Below, in pieces: positions 1 to 11,383 of a DNA stretch of 64,000 nt. The stretch covers positions 34,615 through 98,614 of the forward strand of contig JAAPAO010000061.1 in NCBI GenBank assembly GCA_013115145.1. Reading direction: 5' to 3'. The DNA is from Perkinsus chesapeaki ATCC PRA-425. Taxonomy: Eukaryota; Protista; Perkinsozoa. Every line of letters starts with the position of its first letter. The first letter of the stretch is position 1. The notes under the pieces are model-generated. The model ran no database searches. It was not told the DNA's origin and saw only the letters and a list, made by a program, of their open reading frames with translations. Made by a program: the position numbers and the translations under genes.

Positions 1-561
1 CACTGGGTAACTCTCGGCAAATACCATTACGGCGGTAAGGTGCAGTTAGAGTCACTGCAGGCCTTGAGACACACATACTCCGGACTAAGCTCCTGTTGAC
101 GCAGCAGGTGGTGGGTGGTATAGTCCAGAAGAGCGTAAGGTGCAGTAGAAGCTGAGACACCTAAGCCATAGATGCCTTGAGTTATCTTCTCCCACTGTTG
201 ACGTACGGGAGGTCGTTTGCTGTCACCATCTCTGCCTGAGTCTGATCTTTTGAAGTGGTCAGATTTTTTCAATGGTTTTCATATGCACCTTGCATTGTAG
301 TGTAGTCAATAGTAAGGGGCTGGTTACTGGGCCTCTAAGTTGCCGATTGGGTGTTGGAGTTGCTCATCATTAGCTAGTACCATTGTACCAAACATCACAG
401 CCTGCCTGTAAGTGCATTCCCGTGCTTCGGTGTGACGAGACGCAACTATTGGACAGTGTGAGTTGCCCTGCCAACGCTTTAATATGACAAGTCGAGGAAC
501 AATCACTAGCAGAGACGCGCACCTCATGGCGGGCATCATGGCTGCTAATGCTAATACACAA
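1..561 (-). CDS. 5' part of a spliced hypothetical gene, possibly with an N-terminal ubiquitin-like fold; runs off the window start
   Basis: ORF fragments MCISISSHDARHEVRVSASDCSSTCHIK and QAVMFGTMVLANDEQLQH loosely resemble a UBL pattern; further open frame at 27-272. Splice path not resolved. Confidence 0.3.
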
Positions 562-607
562 GTCGGGGAAATCGAAGGCCCAGTGAATATCGAGTAAATA
601 GAACTAG

Positions 608-2249
608 ATGAGCTTAGCGTTGAATCGGAAGACTTTCACTGTTATCAGGCAGCTTCGGGCTTTGCGGGAACGTCGCCTCCCGTTTGTTATGCGGGGGATC
701 GGCGCAAAGTGGGCGATCGTTCGAACCTGGTCAAATGACAAAAAGCTGAAGTCTCTGGCGAGAAAGGAGGAAAGAGAATGTCCAGAGCGGAAGTGCGGAC
801 TTAAGGGACATCGCTCCTCCCCAGTAGTCCCCCACAGATACACCGTTTATGCCCCTGACCCTGCCGGTGATGTTAACCAGAGTGACGCAATGCCAGTCGC
901 TAAAATGAGCATCTCTAAGTCGGTGGTTGCCTGAGTACATTTTGCAGGCTATCTTCATTGCAGATTCCTCGAGGTGGGGAACCGAAGAGGCCAGTATCTC
1001 CTCGGTGTACCAGACAAGCACGGTCGGGGTCTATCACCTTTCGAGCCATGCTCAAGAACAGACGTTTCCAGAGGTACGCCATCTAAACTCGATTAGTGCC
1101 CCTTCACTTGATGATCAGGACATGGTAGTGAAGGAAAGGTTTACAATCCCGTCTTTGCAGCTGATATGGACAAGTCCGGTGACACCTCGGTATTCGAGGA
1201 TCTTTTCGGCCAGGGATGCATCGACAGCAGACGTCATTTATTTTTCAATGCTGCCTACTGCTTTACCAACTGTCACTATGACACCGATTGGAATTGTTAT
1301 CTCTGTGCTAGAGGTGAGGCCAGGGGCAATGCGTATCCACGCTACCATCATCATCACACGTGGTGAAGCATCGTCATCCCCACGCTGCAAGTCCTAATGA
1401 TAATATCCCTAACCTATAGTCGAGCGTGTCTGTGCTGGTGGGGATGGCAATAGCCAAACGTTACAGGCAACCGCCGCTGGTCCCTGGCGCATCCTGACCA
1501 AGACCCGATACTGAGCCATAATGGAAGTGCGCGCTCACAGTACCAGCCAACGCATCGGAGGAATGCAGAAGCCGTCACTGATGTCACTAGTGGAACGAGG
1601 ACCTGGAACCGCTACGCTGACCTGGTGAAGTAAGGTGAGCTCTAGCGCTCTCGTAGCGAGGCCCCTGTTACTTTGGATTCCATTATGAGCCTGACTTCCT
1701 CCTATAACACCTGGGGGGATTAAGAATTAGTCATCATGACAGCTCTCGTCTCGATAGAGTCTTCTAATAGGTAACGATAGAAACATGTACAGTGTTATTA
1801 ACCGTGCCATGCGACGTTCTGGCCATTGCTTGTTCTTGTCATCCTCGCGGTTTCTATCAGATTTGTCGTGGTCGATCTGAACCCTGGGGACGTGCTTATC
1901 GTTCCACCGCGATGGTGGCATGTCGTCGAAGGCTCTCTACCAGCCGATGGAAGGCCGCGCTTTAGTGCTGGCATTAATTGGTTCTTCACGTCAGGCTGGG
2001 GAGGGGCGTCGAGGTTTTCGGTTCAATAGGTTTTGGGGGGTCAGGTACGACTACGAGGAGACGTATCGAACATGTCCTACCGATATTAAAAATATGATCG
2101 GCCTGCCGAGTGACGACAAGTCCGTATACCTAGGCTCAGCTGTAGAAATGATGAAGGGCTCACTTCCATCACAAAGAGCTGCAGAGCTTATGGAGGTTCG
2201 TGCCAGAGGGAACCCGTCGTCTCGAAAGGCCAATGCTGCTTTCAGATAG
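608..2249 (+). CDS. JmjC / cupin_8 2-oxoglutarate-Fe(II) oxygenase (spliced)
   Basis: N-terminal LPFVMRGIGAKWAIVRTWS (cupin_8 start); FTNCHYDTDWNCYLCARG spliced to NRRWSLAHP (HxD motif plus G-x-R-W-x-L); DLNPGDVLIVPPRWWHVVE (distal His). Confidence 0.8.
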
Positions 2250-2892
2250 CGAGGCATATGGCTGACACAATGAGTGTCCCGCTCTTGCAGTGTAGAGTCC
2301 TGGACCAGCTTTTGGCAATCGCCGTTGGGTAGGATGAGCCTCCTGGGTATGTCAGTGTCGTGATCGTGATTAACAGATATGTGGCTGCTAGGCGTGAACA
2401 CGTCGAGCCGCAGGGCGTGGAAGACGCGCTGCGGAGGCTGGTCGAAGCTGCAGTAAGCTAGGGCTGCTGGGGTTCAACATTTTGTTGCGATGGAAGCAAA
2501 TAATCTAGTCATTAAACATCTACCCCAGATCAGTCGTAAAAAAGCTCTTTCGGGGTAAGCGCTCTTTTCACTACCGATAATTGCAGAGGGACTCCTGAGG
2601 GGCACACTGCTATAATGACTAACCACAGCTTCCACATCAATGATCCAGCAATGATGTATCAGAGCCGTGACAGGACGATCCAAACCTCGAAGACTATGAA
2701 CCGTATCATTTTTTGTACTTTCCAACGAGTACTTATCCCACCGAGACGTTGTGCGTACGCGTGCAGCGTTGAAGCACCCTTGATGCACGTTCATTCAGCG
2801 ATGTCAATCGAGTAGGGTACCTAGACGGGACTGCTCTCCGTGACCTTAGACGTGCTTTGTCCCATTCAGTTAAGTACCATTAACTCCCAGCC

Positions 2893-3438
2893 ATGGCCGT
2901 ATCAAACCAGGTCTGCATTCCAGAGGAGCTTTGTCATCAGGTTGATTCTTTCCACATCGATAGGCTTTACCGCATCTGCCGTTTCTGTGCCAATCGTGTG
3001 AGACTCAATAAACGCCAGGTGAGGGCCAACCCACCAACTCAGGCTGGGCGTGTGCTCTCCAAGCAATTCTTGGGTATTGACTTCGAAGGTGAACTGACAG
3101 ACATTCGGCTACCCAAAGTCCTGTGCAGCAGCTGTAGGCGGCGTTTGACACATCTTCGAGACAACCACATGTCCCCAGCTAAGTGGGAAGAAAGGAGAAA
3201 GCTTTATGGCAAAGACGCGGCCTGGTTTGGTGCACCCATCGGTGCTAGTGATGGCTCAGAGCACGTCGAGGCCATCATATGTTCAGCTGATCAACGTTGC
3301 AAGGTTTGCCGCATTTACAGCAATCCAAAGTCCAATGGTTTCCTGAAAAAAGGTTGGCCGAAACCAGGTCGCCCGCCCGTCCGGTCTATGGGCGGCGACT
3401 GTCGCGTTGGAGAGGAGACCGCTAATGTGCCGCCATAA
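2893..3438 (+). CDS. Cys/His-rich protein resembling the RAG1 N-terminal / Chapaev 'Chapa' zinc-binding domain; possible transposon-derived fragment
   Basis: 181-aa uninterrupted ORF: H21-x7-C29-R-x-C32, FLGID(59-63), P74-x3-C78-x2-C81, W111, H124, C136-x2-C139, then PGRPP. A possible later exon at 3789-3914 (after ttttcag) encodes RKRKR. Confidence 0.5.
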   Translation: MAVSNQVCIPEELCHQVDSFHIDRLYRICRFCANRVRLNKRQVRANPPTQAGRVLSKQFLGIDFEGELTDIRLPKVLCSSCRRRLTHLRDNHMSPAKWEERRKLYGKDAAWFGAPIGASDGSEHVEAIICSADQRCKVCRIYSNPKSNGFLKKGWPKPGRPPVRSMGGDCRVGEETANVPP

Positions 3439-4313
3439 AAAGCGGTATCTGCCCTCCGAGAGCTCGAGAACCCTACAGCTCCAAGTCCCTTAGATTATTC
3501 TGTTTCTGTTGTCTTTCTCGTGAAGTAGATGTATTTCTTATTATGATGCCGTATAGTATCAAGAGCGGACTAAGTAATCCTTGCGTTGGAGAATTCCTAG
3601 TGAGGGCTGAATTTGGTGCGCGTTAACGCGTAAACCCTCAGTCAGTCACCGAGTGGGTGCAAACATGATTTTGCCCACTGTCATTCGAATCAGTGCTCGG
3701 AAGTTACGATTACTGAGTCAAGTAACCCAGATATGGTTTACTCTGGGCTAGTCGTAGCGCTGGTCGTTCATTGTGTCTTGCTTTTCAGGTCGATATGTCC
3801 AAACCCATCGCTGCAGGCGAAACTCGCAAGCGCAAACGCCAAAGCATCGACGATGGGGCCCCACCCACGCCCAAGTGGTTACCATTCTGCTCAACTACAA
3901 AGTGGGAGTTATAAGTTGCTATTGATTGTGACGTAACGTCACTGACCTTTGAATGCATTGCATGGACCTCTTACCAGTTATGGTACGTACACTGTAGCCT
4001 GTAATATGCAAGTTCTACGTATAAATATCCTCGCTTTGTGTGGTAGTTTACGGTGAATGGATGCCCACCTGTCTCAGACTTTATCGGTAACATGTGTTCA
4101 TCCACCTAGGGTTATTGCCATGGCCACGGCCACGCATGCCGCGTGTTAGCGATGTATACATGTTAAGTGTTCAGCGAGCTCTGTGGGGCGTCGCCTAGCT
4201 TCCGAAGATTATCCCTTAGCTAGTGATGGGCTTATTGACTTTCCTAGGATAGAGAGCTGGGCTGCTTCTCGTGAGGTATGATACGAATCGTATCATTCGG
4301 CAAGTTTTTAAGC

Positions 4314-4395
4314 GTCAGTTTGGCCGAGTGGTCTAAGGCGCCAGACTCAAGTTCTGGTGGAGAGATCCGCGTGGGTTCGAACCCCACAGCTGACA
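4314..4395 (+). tRNA. trnL-CAA: tRNA-Leu (anticodon CAA), intronless, long variable arm
   Basis: Acceptor stem GTCAGTT/AGCTGAC; D arm GCCGAGTGGTCTAAGGC; anticodon arm CCAGA-CTCAAGT-TCTGG; T arm GTGGG-TTCGAAC-CCCAC. Confidence 0.97.
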
Positions 4396-5059
4396 TTATT
4401 ATTAGTCATCAAGTCTGTACCTTTTCCGAGGGTAAACGGGCCTAATTCACCTAGCTCAGGAGGCCCGCGAAGTAACACATGTTCAGCTAAAGAACAACCG
4501 TACTGTTTTCTTTTTTCAACGACCATTACTCTATCGATGTTTTTTGTTTATCGCGCAATGCTTTGTCTCCGCGCGGATGTTGTGCAAGAGAGTTGCACGG
4601 CTAGGCGAGACGAGACGGTGACATTCCGTGAGACGTGCGGGCTTCGAGCGAACTACATCTATGCAACCGCCCCCATTATCTCATCAGCATCATATTTCTT
4701 CTTTTACGATGTACTATTCTCCACCGCAGTTTCTTCTAGGCCAGAGGGTCCAAGCGATACCTCCGAGATATGATCCAAGATTTCCTATTCACGCGGTAGC
4801 ACAGCCTCCTCGGGTCAATAATGGTGCATTGTAAGTATCTGAGCTCCTATGTGGCTCTAGTAGAGCTGCTCTACCATCAGTAACTGTATGGATATAGTCA
4901 TTGTGAGATGCCCATTACCTTGACGAGCTAAGCTTGCAAGAGCGATTATATCCTCGACTTGCAGCATAATGTTATCCTGGAGGGAATTTTAGAATGTATA
5001 AATTCAGAGTCAAATGAGTTAATTCCGTATTTGAAAAGTCAATCGAATGCGGCAAATTC

Positions 5060-5134
5060 AGTACTACCCATTGACAGTGGGCAGTACTAAATTTACTACT
5101 AAATTTGTAGTAAATTACAGTGCGCCACTGTAAT
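5060..5134. repeat. Three adjacent inverted repeats (hairpin cluster)
   Basis: AGTACTACCCA/TGGGCAGTACT (5060-5088, 1 mismatch); AATTTACTAC/GTAGTAAATT (5090-5116); ATTACAGTG/CACTGTAAT (5114-5134). Confidence 0.8.
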
Positions 5135-5142
5135 ACAGTGAA

Positions 5143-6874
5143 TGTATCACAGGCCTTCCGCCTGAGAGGCTCGGAATCAATACAGTATGCTCAGGTTGCA
5201 ACAATTGTCCCAAGTGAAACAGCAGCTTCCTCAAACGAATCCCACCACCCCGACCCTGCCACAGAGTACGTAAATTCATTGAGCTCCGTTAATAACTCTG
5301 TTTCAGTAATTCAACGGTCTGATGATCCCCCACCTTCGGTCGGGAATCTCGGGAAGGAAAAAGGGAAGCCAGCGTAAGACACCTCGGGCCATTGACAGCG
5401 CTCTGCCCGCTCTATCTTCTGATTAGCACGTGCTCACAAAATCTCGCGTGGTCTCCAGGAAACATCCGTGAAGCTTGAGGCTTAAGCTCCAGGCCAGGCC
5501 TAAGCATTTTCCTTTTATGTACCTTAGGAAGTTGAAAAAATCTCTTTTGTTAGAGCGGAGCGAGCCCAGCTGGACAGAAGCTCACGAAAACTATGCACTG
5601 CCAAAACTGTTATATCGTCGTCAAGCTCTACACGACTACTGGAGCGCAGCAGAAGATTCGAGGACCTGTACGATGACCACAAGAGCCGCCAGGAGCGCCT
5701 GATGTACTCAGTCTTGCAGCTAAGAAAAATTTATATCATTTTGTGTCTGAAACAGAGCATTGATGCAAGAGAAGAGAGCTGCGGAAGAAGCGGAGTTCGC
5801 TGAAATGCAGAAAAAAGTCAATGATTCTACCAAGTATTTCTGTCTTAACTCGATTCCTACCTCGCCGTCGATATTCGAGGAATGCGTCCTTAGCTGCTCA
5901 CTTGTCTTCAGAATAATTCAGAACCCTTATCTTAGGAGAGTCGATCTTGCTAAATTCCGAGCGCGGTTGGATGAGGAAGTTCGGTCACGTGCTGAGCGAA
6001 AACGATTACGTGAGAAGGAGAAAGAGCAAGCTGTCAGGGAGAAGGAGCTCACAGAGGTAACTCTCGAGCCGTATCTGTCAGATTGCTATATCCTTTTGTG
6101 TTTTAGCTTATGCATTGCTCCTTTCAACCAATGAAAGCTGCAGATTTCCGCAACTCGACAAAGGTGGGTTCTTCAGCTCTCATGAGTCTTCGAATTGACT
6201 TCTGTTCTGCGCAGAGCTACACGTCCAGTATGAACCAGTCGAGCTCCGCAGGATGTCATAGTGGTGGCAACTCTGCACTTCCCGACGTTCTGTGCGATGG
6301 TAAGATACAGTTCCATGTCCTCTGCATGCTGCCATCTCTTGCAGAACGGCGAGGCCCATTGAGAAGCGACATGTTAAAAGAAGCTGTTAAAGAATTCCTG
6401 CAGTCTGAGGAAGGGAAAACATCCCTGTAAGTGCCCAGCCAGCGATAAAAAGATTCTCCCAGCGTTACGGCGAGCTATCGTTTGTTTTTTTCAGCGAACA
6501 GCATCTAGAAGCATATCGCCGCATAAATCCCCTTGCTGACGAGAGCGTACTTGTAGAAGAAGCCGAGCACGATTTAAGTGAGTCGGAAACGTTTATCATA
6601 CATGGGAGACCGGGGCGTCCTGAATTTGGCAGACTACCGATCGGGCAACTTGCACGTTTGAAGGAATTACATCTACCTACTTTTGGAGTCTCACTAAACT
6701 CTGGCCGTATTCCCGCAACACCTTTTTGTTGTATCAGTTACTCAGTTCGAGAAGGAGTTTGATCAGAGCATACTTGAGAGTATCTCGCCATTCGAGGCTG
6801 AAGAGTCCGCCATAGCCATGGACGGACAGACGCCATATGACGACGAAACAAGTGTGAGCATGTGGCTTGAGTAA
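5143..6874 (+). CDS. Hypothetical spliced coiled-coil protein; start uncertain
   Basis: Exons joinable at GT-AG sites give RFEDLYDDHKSRQERL, MQEKRAAEEAEFAEMQKK, FRARLDEEVRSRAERKRLREKEKEQ, and end in DDETSVSMWLE-TAA at 6872-6874. Confidence 0.5.
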
Positions 6875-7720
6875 CCCAATACAATCGTCAAGTGCCGTTC
6901 ATTACTTGTGTTGCATTCCGGCCCTACCACGCCGACAGTCGCCGCACGAAGGTATGTCTCCCTAGAGGATACAGTAAGTACGCGTTAGGCAGCTGTTTGC
7001 TGAGCCATCAAACCAATGGTGACCTGAGAGACTCAGAGTCTCTGAGAGACTCAGCCTGAGACGGTACACAACTGTCCACAACACACTGCCTCCGAGACCT
7101 CAAGCAAGCATGCGCCAGAACGTGTGACCCTCCATCGAGTGATTGAAGAAATATGTGGACATTCAGTGGAATCCCACTGGGGAATCCCACTCGCTTCCAC
7201 TGGGGCCGAGTAAACAATCTATAAAAGGTGGTGTGTCGCTACATCACGCCACATTCAGTACATCCTGAGTGGCGCGTGACCACGTAATCTTAGAAATTAT
7301 GCAGCATTCCCAGCAGATGGGGGCGCTGCGTCCTCTCCATTATTTCCAGACAGTATGCTGACCGTAATGACAAGATAACTTACGGAAGCGTTCAGGACGG
7401 TCGAAAGTAGGATGACGAATGTGCATGGTTACCGTTCCTCGGAGTTCAACGTTCTTTACGGCATTTTCCTTCTACGTATTATGCTCCTACGCTTAACGTT
7501 CGGACCCATCCAGGCCTGGAAGTATTTCTACTTGAACGGTTAGTAGTTTCATAACTGCGAAAGGTAAAACGTGCTAAAGTGGCATTAATAAGGGAATGAT
7601 TCTCCAACCACTTAAGCAGTGTCGACTCGAAAATTCCTCGGTCCTGGGGACGTAGTCCCCTAACACATCGAAAATCATCACATCCCGAGCATCTGAGGAA
7701 GTGTTCAATAAACCATCCAA

Positions 7721-8072
7721 GACCCGAAACCAGACGGGAAACCAGAAACCCGACGGAAAACCAGAAACTCGAAACCGGCTAACGTGTGAGTAGAGTCATC
7801 TGGATAAAATATAGAACAGTGGCTCCTTTTGTTGGGCCACCACTGGCCGGAGGTGGCCCCATGGAGGCTCCGCCTCGGATCTCAAAATTCACTGTCAGAA
7901 CAGTTACATTCTCGAACGCCGGATAGCCAATCTCGAGTCTGAGAGTGCTCGACAGCATGAATGTCTTCATACTGTGAGCTCCATGCGAGCAGATAATCTG
8001 CTGCAGATTGGATCAAGTTCACATAAGAAATTGCACCCGTTCCGGAGCGGCTCCTGTGGAGCCGCTCCGGAA
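7721..8072. repeat. GAAACC-rich short tandem repeats, GGCTCC motifs and a perfect 15-bp hairpin; possible non-autonomous element
   Basis: 19-bp unit gacgg(g/a)aaaccagaaac(c/t)c twice (7733-7770); TTCCGGAGCGGCTCC-tgt-GGAGCCGCTCCGGAA at 8040-8072. Confidence 0.55.
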
Positions 8073-8462
8073 GTGAAAAACGTTACCGTAAGGGCTCGCG
8101 TGGCTCTGAAATGGCTCAGCCATGCACCGCCAGGTGGAAGAGAGCAGCAAAGCTATTGATTTGCATATTCATATGAACCTCCGTGCGAGACTGTTAAGCC
8201 GTCCTTCTGCATCGCTAAGCGATGATCGCTTGTGTGAGAACGGGTACCGCGACCCGCCATGCTCCACGAACTCCTCCACGAATACGTGACGCTGGATCTA
8301 TCTGAACCGGTTACCAGACTTCGTCGGATAATTCGATGAGGAAGTCCAAATTGAATGATCTTGGGTATCTTACGCGGGTAACTCGGAGGCGCTAAGCCAG
8401 GGCGGGATCTGGATACACATTCTTTCTTGCTCTCAGTTGCCGCTTAAAAGTCTTCTCCACGC

Positions 8463-9646
8463 ATGTTAAATATTGTGTACATAATCTCCGTCTACGCCGT
8501 GGCATTCGCTGGTCCTCTGAAGTTCTACAAGGGTATTTCCTTCCCTTGGGCTATCAAAGAGGGTCCGATATGCTCCAACAGCACCTTATGTCCTCAGAGC
8601 CACGGGTATACTTGGGAGTCTTATTTTAACAAGCTATTGACTATTGGAGTGAACAACTTCTTATTTGGTGGATATGTGTTGAAGAATGATAGAATCGTAA
8701 GAGATATGGATTTCTATCCGCCATGGAACGAGACCTCTTACTCTGCCCTGAAGAAACGCGTGAAAACTAAAGGCGGGTCCATCCTGGCTAGGCTAGGAGT
8801 TAACTACGATAAAGCATTCCATAACGCAACCTTCATCGAGAGTGTTCGAAACTTTACCAAGAAGTACCCTGTGGATGGCTTCATGTTGGACACCCTTAAC
8901 GCTTACCCTTCTATGAAAGTCTTGCAGCAACCGCTGCGGGCCTTGAAAGGCATGAACTATACTGCCGCTCTCAGGTGAGTTTCGAAGTGCTGGTGGCCAG
9001 TGGCAGCCACTGAGTGGCCAGTATTTGTGACTATTTACTTGATGATCTATTGCCTGCGCTACAGGAGAACTCTGACTGGCAGATCACGGCATGTGTTCCG
9101 CGATACCTCATTCTTAGATTCGCAACCCCGTACTGGCAGGAGGTGAACGGAAGTGGACTTGCGAAGGCCGCAGATATCAACTTTGTTGTACTATTCCCTT
9201 ACCGCGATAATGAATCCAGTGTTTTCAACACTGATAATTTCGCCAAGAAAACGATACATGAAGCCGGTCTTGCTGGAGCCAAGCCCGAAGGGATAGTTTT
9301 ACAGGTGAGGAAAAGCGCATTTGGATGGTATCGCAGCTTCTCGCGTCGATTACAGGTGCCTGTGCAAGCTGGGCGCGAGGCTGCTGGCTATTCTGAAATG
9401 ATTTATGACTATGGCGCTGACCCCATGGGGAACGGTTCCGTCAAGATCGATCCGTCTGCGAGTGCCACCTTGTATTTCTTCTCTCAACGTCGCGCTATTG
9501 ACAAAATAGCATTGGGCAACAAATCCCACTTGCACGGCATTGCACTTGAAGGTGGAACCGTATTTGCTCAGGATCTATATCCTTGGGACAAAGCCTCGCT
9601 GTGCTATGCTTTAGCCTCCAAGATGAAAGCATCTAGCTTTCCCTAG
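8463..9646 (+). CDS. Secreted GH18 (chitinase)-fold protein, probably catalytically inactive
   Basis: Signal-peptide-like MLNIVYIISVYAVAFA; FIESVRNFTKKYPVDGFMLD matches the GH18 strand-4 region, but the DxDxE motif reads M-L-D-T-L. Introns 8975-9117 and 9305-9355 restore the frame (ALR|FATPYW; VLQ|VPV). Confidence 0.75.
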
Positions 9647-10960
9647 GCTTTTCAGCCTTCCTTTTCGATGCCGCAGAAGGTTTAATCCGGTCCGAAGGCA
9701 ATGTGGCCTGGCATATCTATTTTATTAGAGTTGTTCCCCGTGCTTGGTCATTGAGTTACTTTCGTGTTTTAATTCGGAAAAGAAATTTAGCTGGATGGTG
9801 AGGTGGCCCAAGTAGTTTCTTAGTTTTTGTATATTAGGTCGGACATGGCCCGAGTCGGTGAGCAGATTCGCCGAAATCTCGTATCTCGGTTGTCGGTGAG
9901 AAGCTAGCTGCAGCTAGGTACGCTTCATTATTTGTCTTCGAGGTCTGCTGCTATTGTACGTTGAAATTCGACGGTCGAGTCTCTTTCGCCCCTCCCCGCT
10001 AAGCACTACTCCGTATACGCCCCAGAACATTGTGATGTCGGAGTCCACCAGCGTGCAGTAGACGATGAGTAAAACGTCCATGCGTTCAACGCATTGTGTC
10101 GATATGCAGAATCAGATGAAGATTGCATTCCATGATGATGCTCTTTCAATGATTCGAGTAGACTGTATATCTGTTTATCTCTCACACAATTAATTACTCA
10201 CTCGGATGAATTTGTAGACGCAAACTGTCGCTGTTGAAACGGCTGGAAGATTCCTCGGCACCATCTCGCGCTGTGGGATTGCATAGCTTTTTCTCTGCCT
10301 AACGGCGTGCTATTCCGTCACATCACTCCGCTAGTGACACGTCTACATTTGCAAGCCACTAAGGTTATCGTATATTTGATTATATACTGGTTTGGTGGTT
10401 ATTGTACTCTTTAGTCTATACTCATAAGAAGACTAAACAATACTATTGAGATCGTCCACGACCCCGCCCACAAGATTAACGATCGGATCTGTGATAGTTC
10501 GATGGGGCTAAGCAATGTACATTGATAAGGATCATTTCGGTGACCGCAGCTACTATTCTCCCGTCACCCAAGTGCTACCTGTTTCCTGTTCATCCGGTGA
10601 GAGCCCTTTTCAGGTTCTTCCTATTCCCTTCGTACGCCATCATCATCAAAGATGATTCATTATGCCTCGTGCGTTTTTCAAACTCCTGAATCAGAAGTTC
10701 TGATACTGCCGAATCAGTAATGAACCTCATGTTGGCGTCCGCAAAGGCTACATCACGCTACAGGTTCGACTAGCCAGAACGTGTTTCGAGAAGTTTTTTT
10801 CGCGATTAGCCTCCTGGTTGGGTTACTAAACGATTGCGATGAAAAACAATTGGGTCACGCTGTCTCATAGTTTTTAGGACTCTGCCTTCTTCCTCCGAGG
10901 AAGTTCCTCGTCAATACAGGAAACATGGTCGCTCAAAAGTTGGTTAAATTTCCTTAAAAA

Positions 10961-11383
10961 ATGCTCCCCGTTTTATTGCTGCTAACCTTCTCACTACCTT
11001 CCATGGTGTCCCACGCAGCTACTGGCCCTACCGGTAAATACCACAAGCAAATCGGTGGCAATGTCTGTGTCCAAGTGGACTGGCTCAATGGAGCAGCTAA
11101 TGCGGCGCAACCAATCAATATTCTCATCATTTGTGAGCAAGAAATTGAAAGTATTACCTTGACCGTTAAGAGGAGCTCTCCTATGCACTACGAAATCACC
11201 GAGGATTCCTATCCAGCCTACGAGGACTTCATCAACTTTATCGAACACGGCGTTTGCAGAGGGATTATAAAAGTTGATGCAGGAGATCTGAGGGACTACG
11301 ATTACATCGCTCAAGGCAATATTGTGCGTACACATTTTGGACCAGAGCCGCACGAAGACTTAACTTCCGGTTCTTGTCAGTAA
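10961..11383 (+). CDS. Small intronless secreted protein (140 aa), unknown function
   Basis: Hydrophobic N-terminus MLPVLLLLTFSLPSMVSHA, then PTGKY; four Cys; clean ATG-to-TAA ORF. Confidence 0.7.
   Translation: MLPVLLLLTFSLPSMVSHAATGPTGKYHKQIGGNVCVQVDWLNGAANAAQPINILIICEQEIESITLTVKRSSPMHYEITEDSYPAYEDFINFIEHGVCRGIIKVDAGDLRDYDYIAQGNIVRTHFGPEPHEDLTSGSCQ

Noticed and set aside
927-1397. 156-aa plus-strand ORF as an independent gene
   Set aside because: It overlaps JmjC exons in a different frame. The HYD-containing frame explains the region.
2400-5140. RSS-like heptamer or TIRs flanking the RAG1-N-like ORF
   Set aside because: Only partial ACAGTG/CACTG words were seen, with no paired terminal inverted repeat, nonamer or target-site duplication identified by eye.
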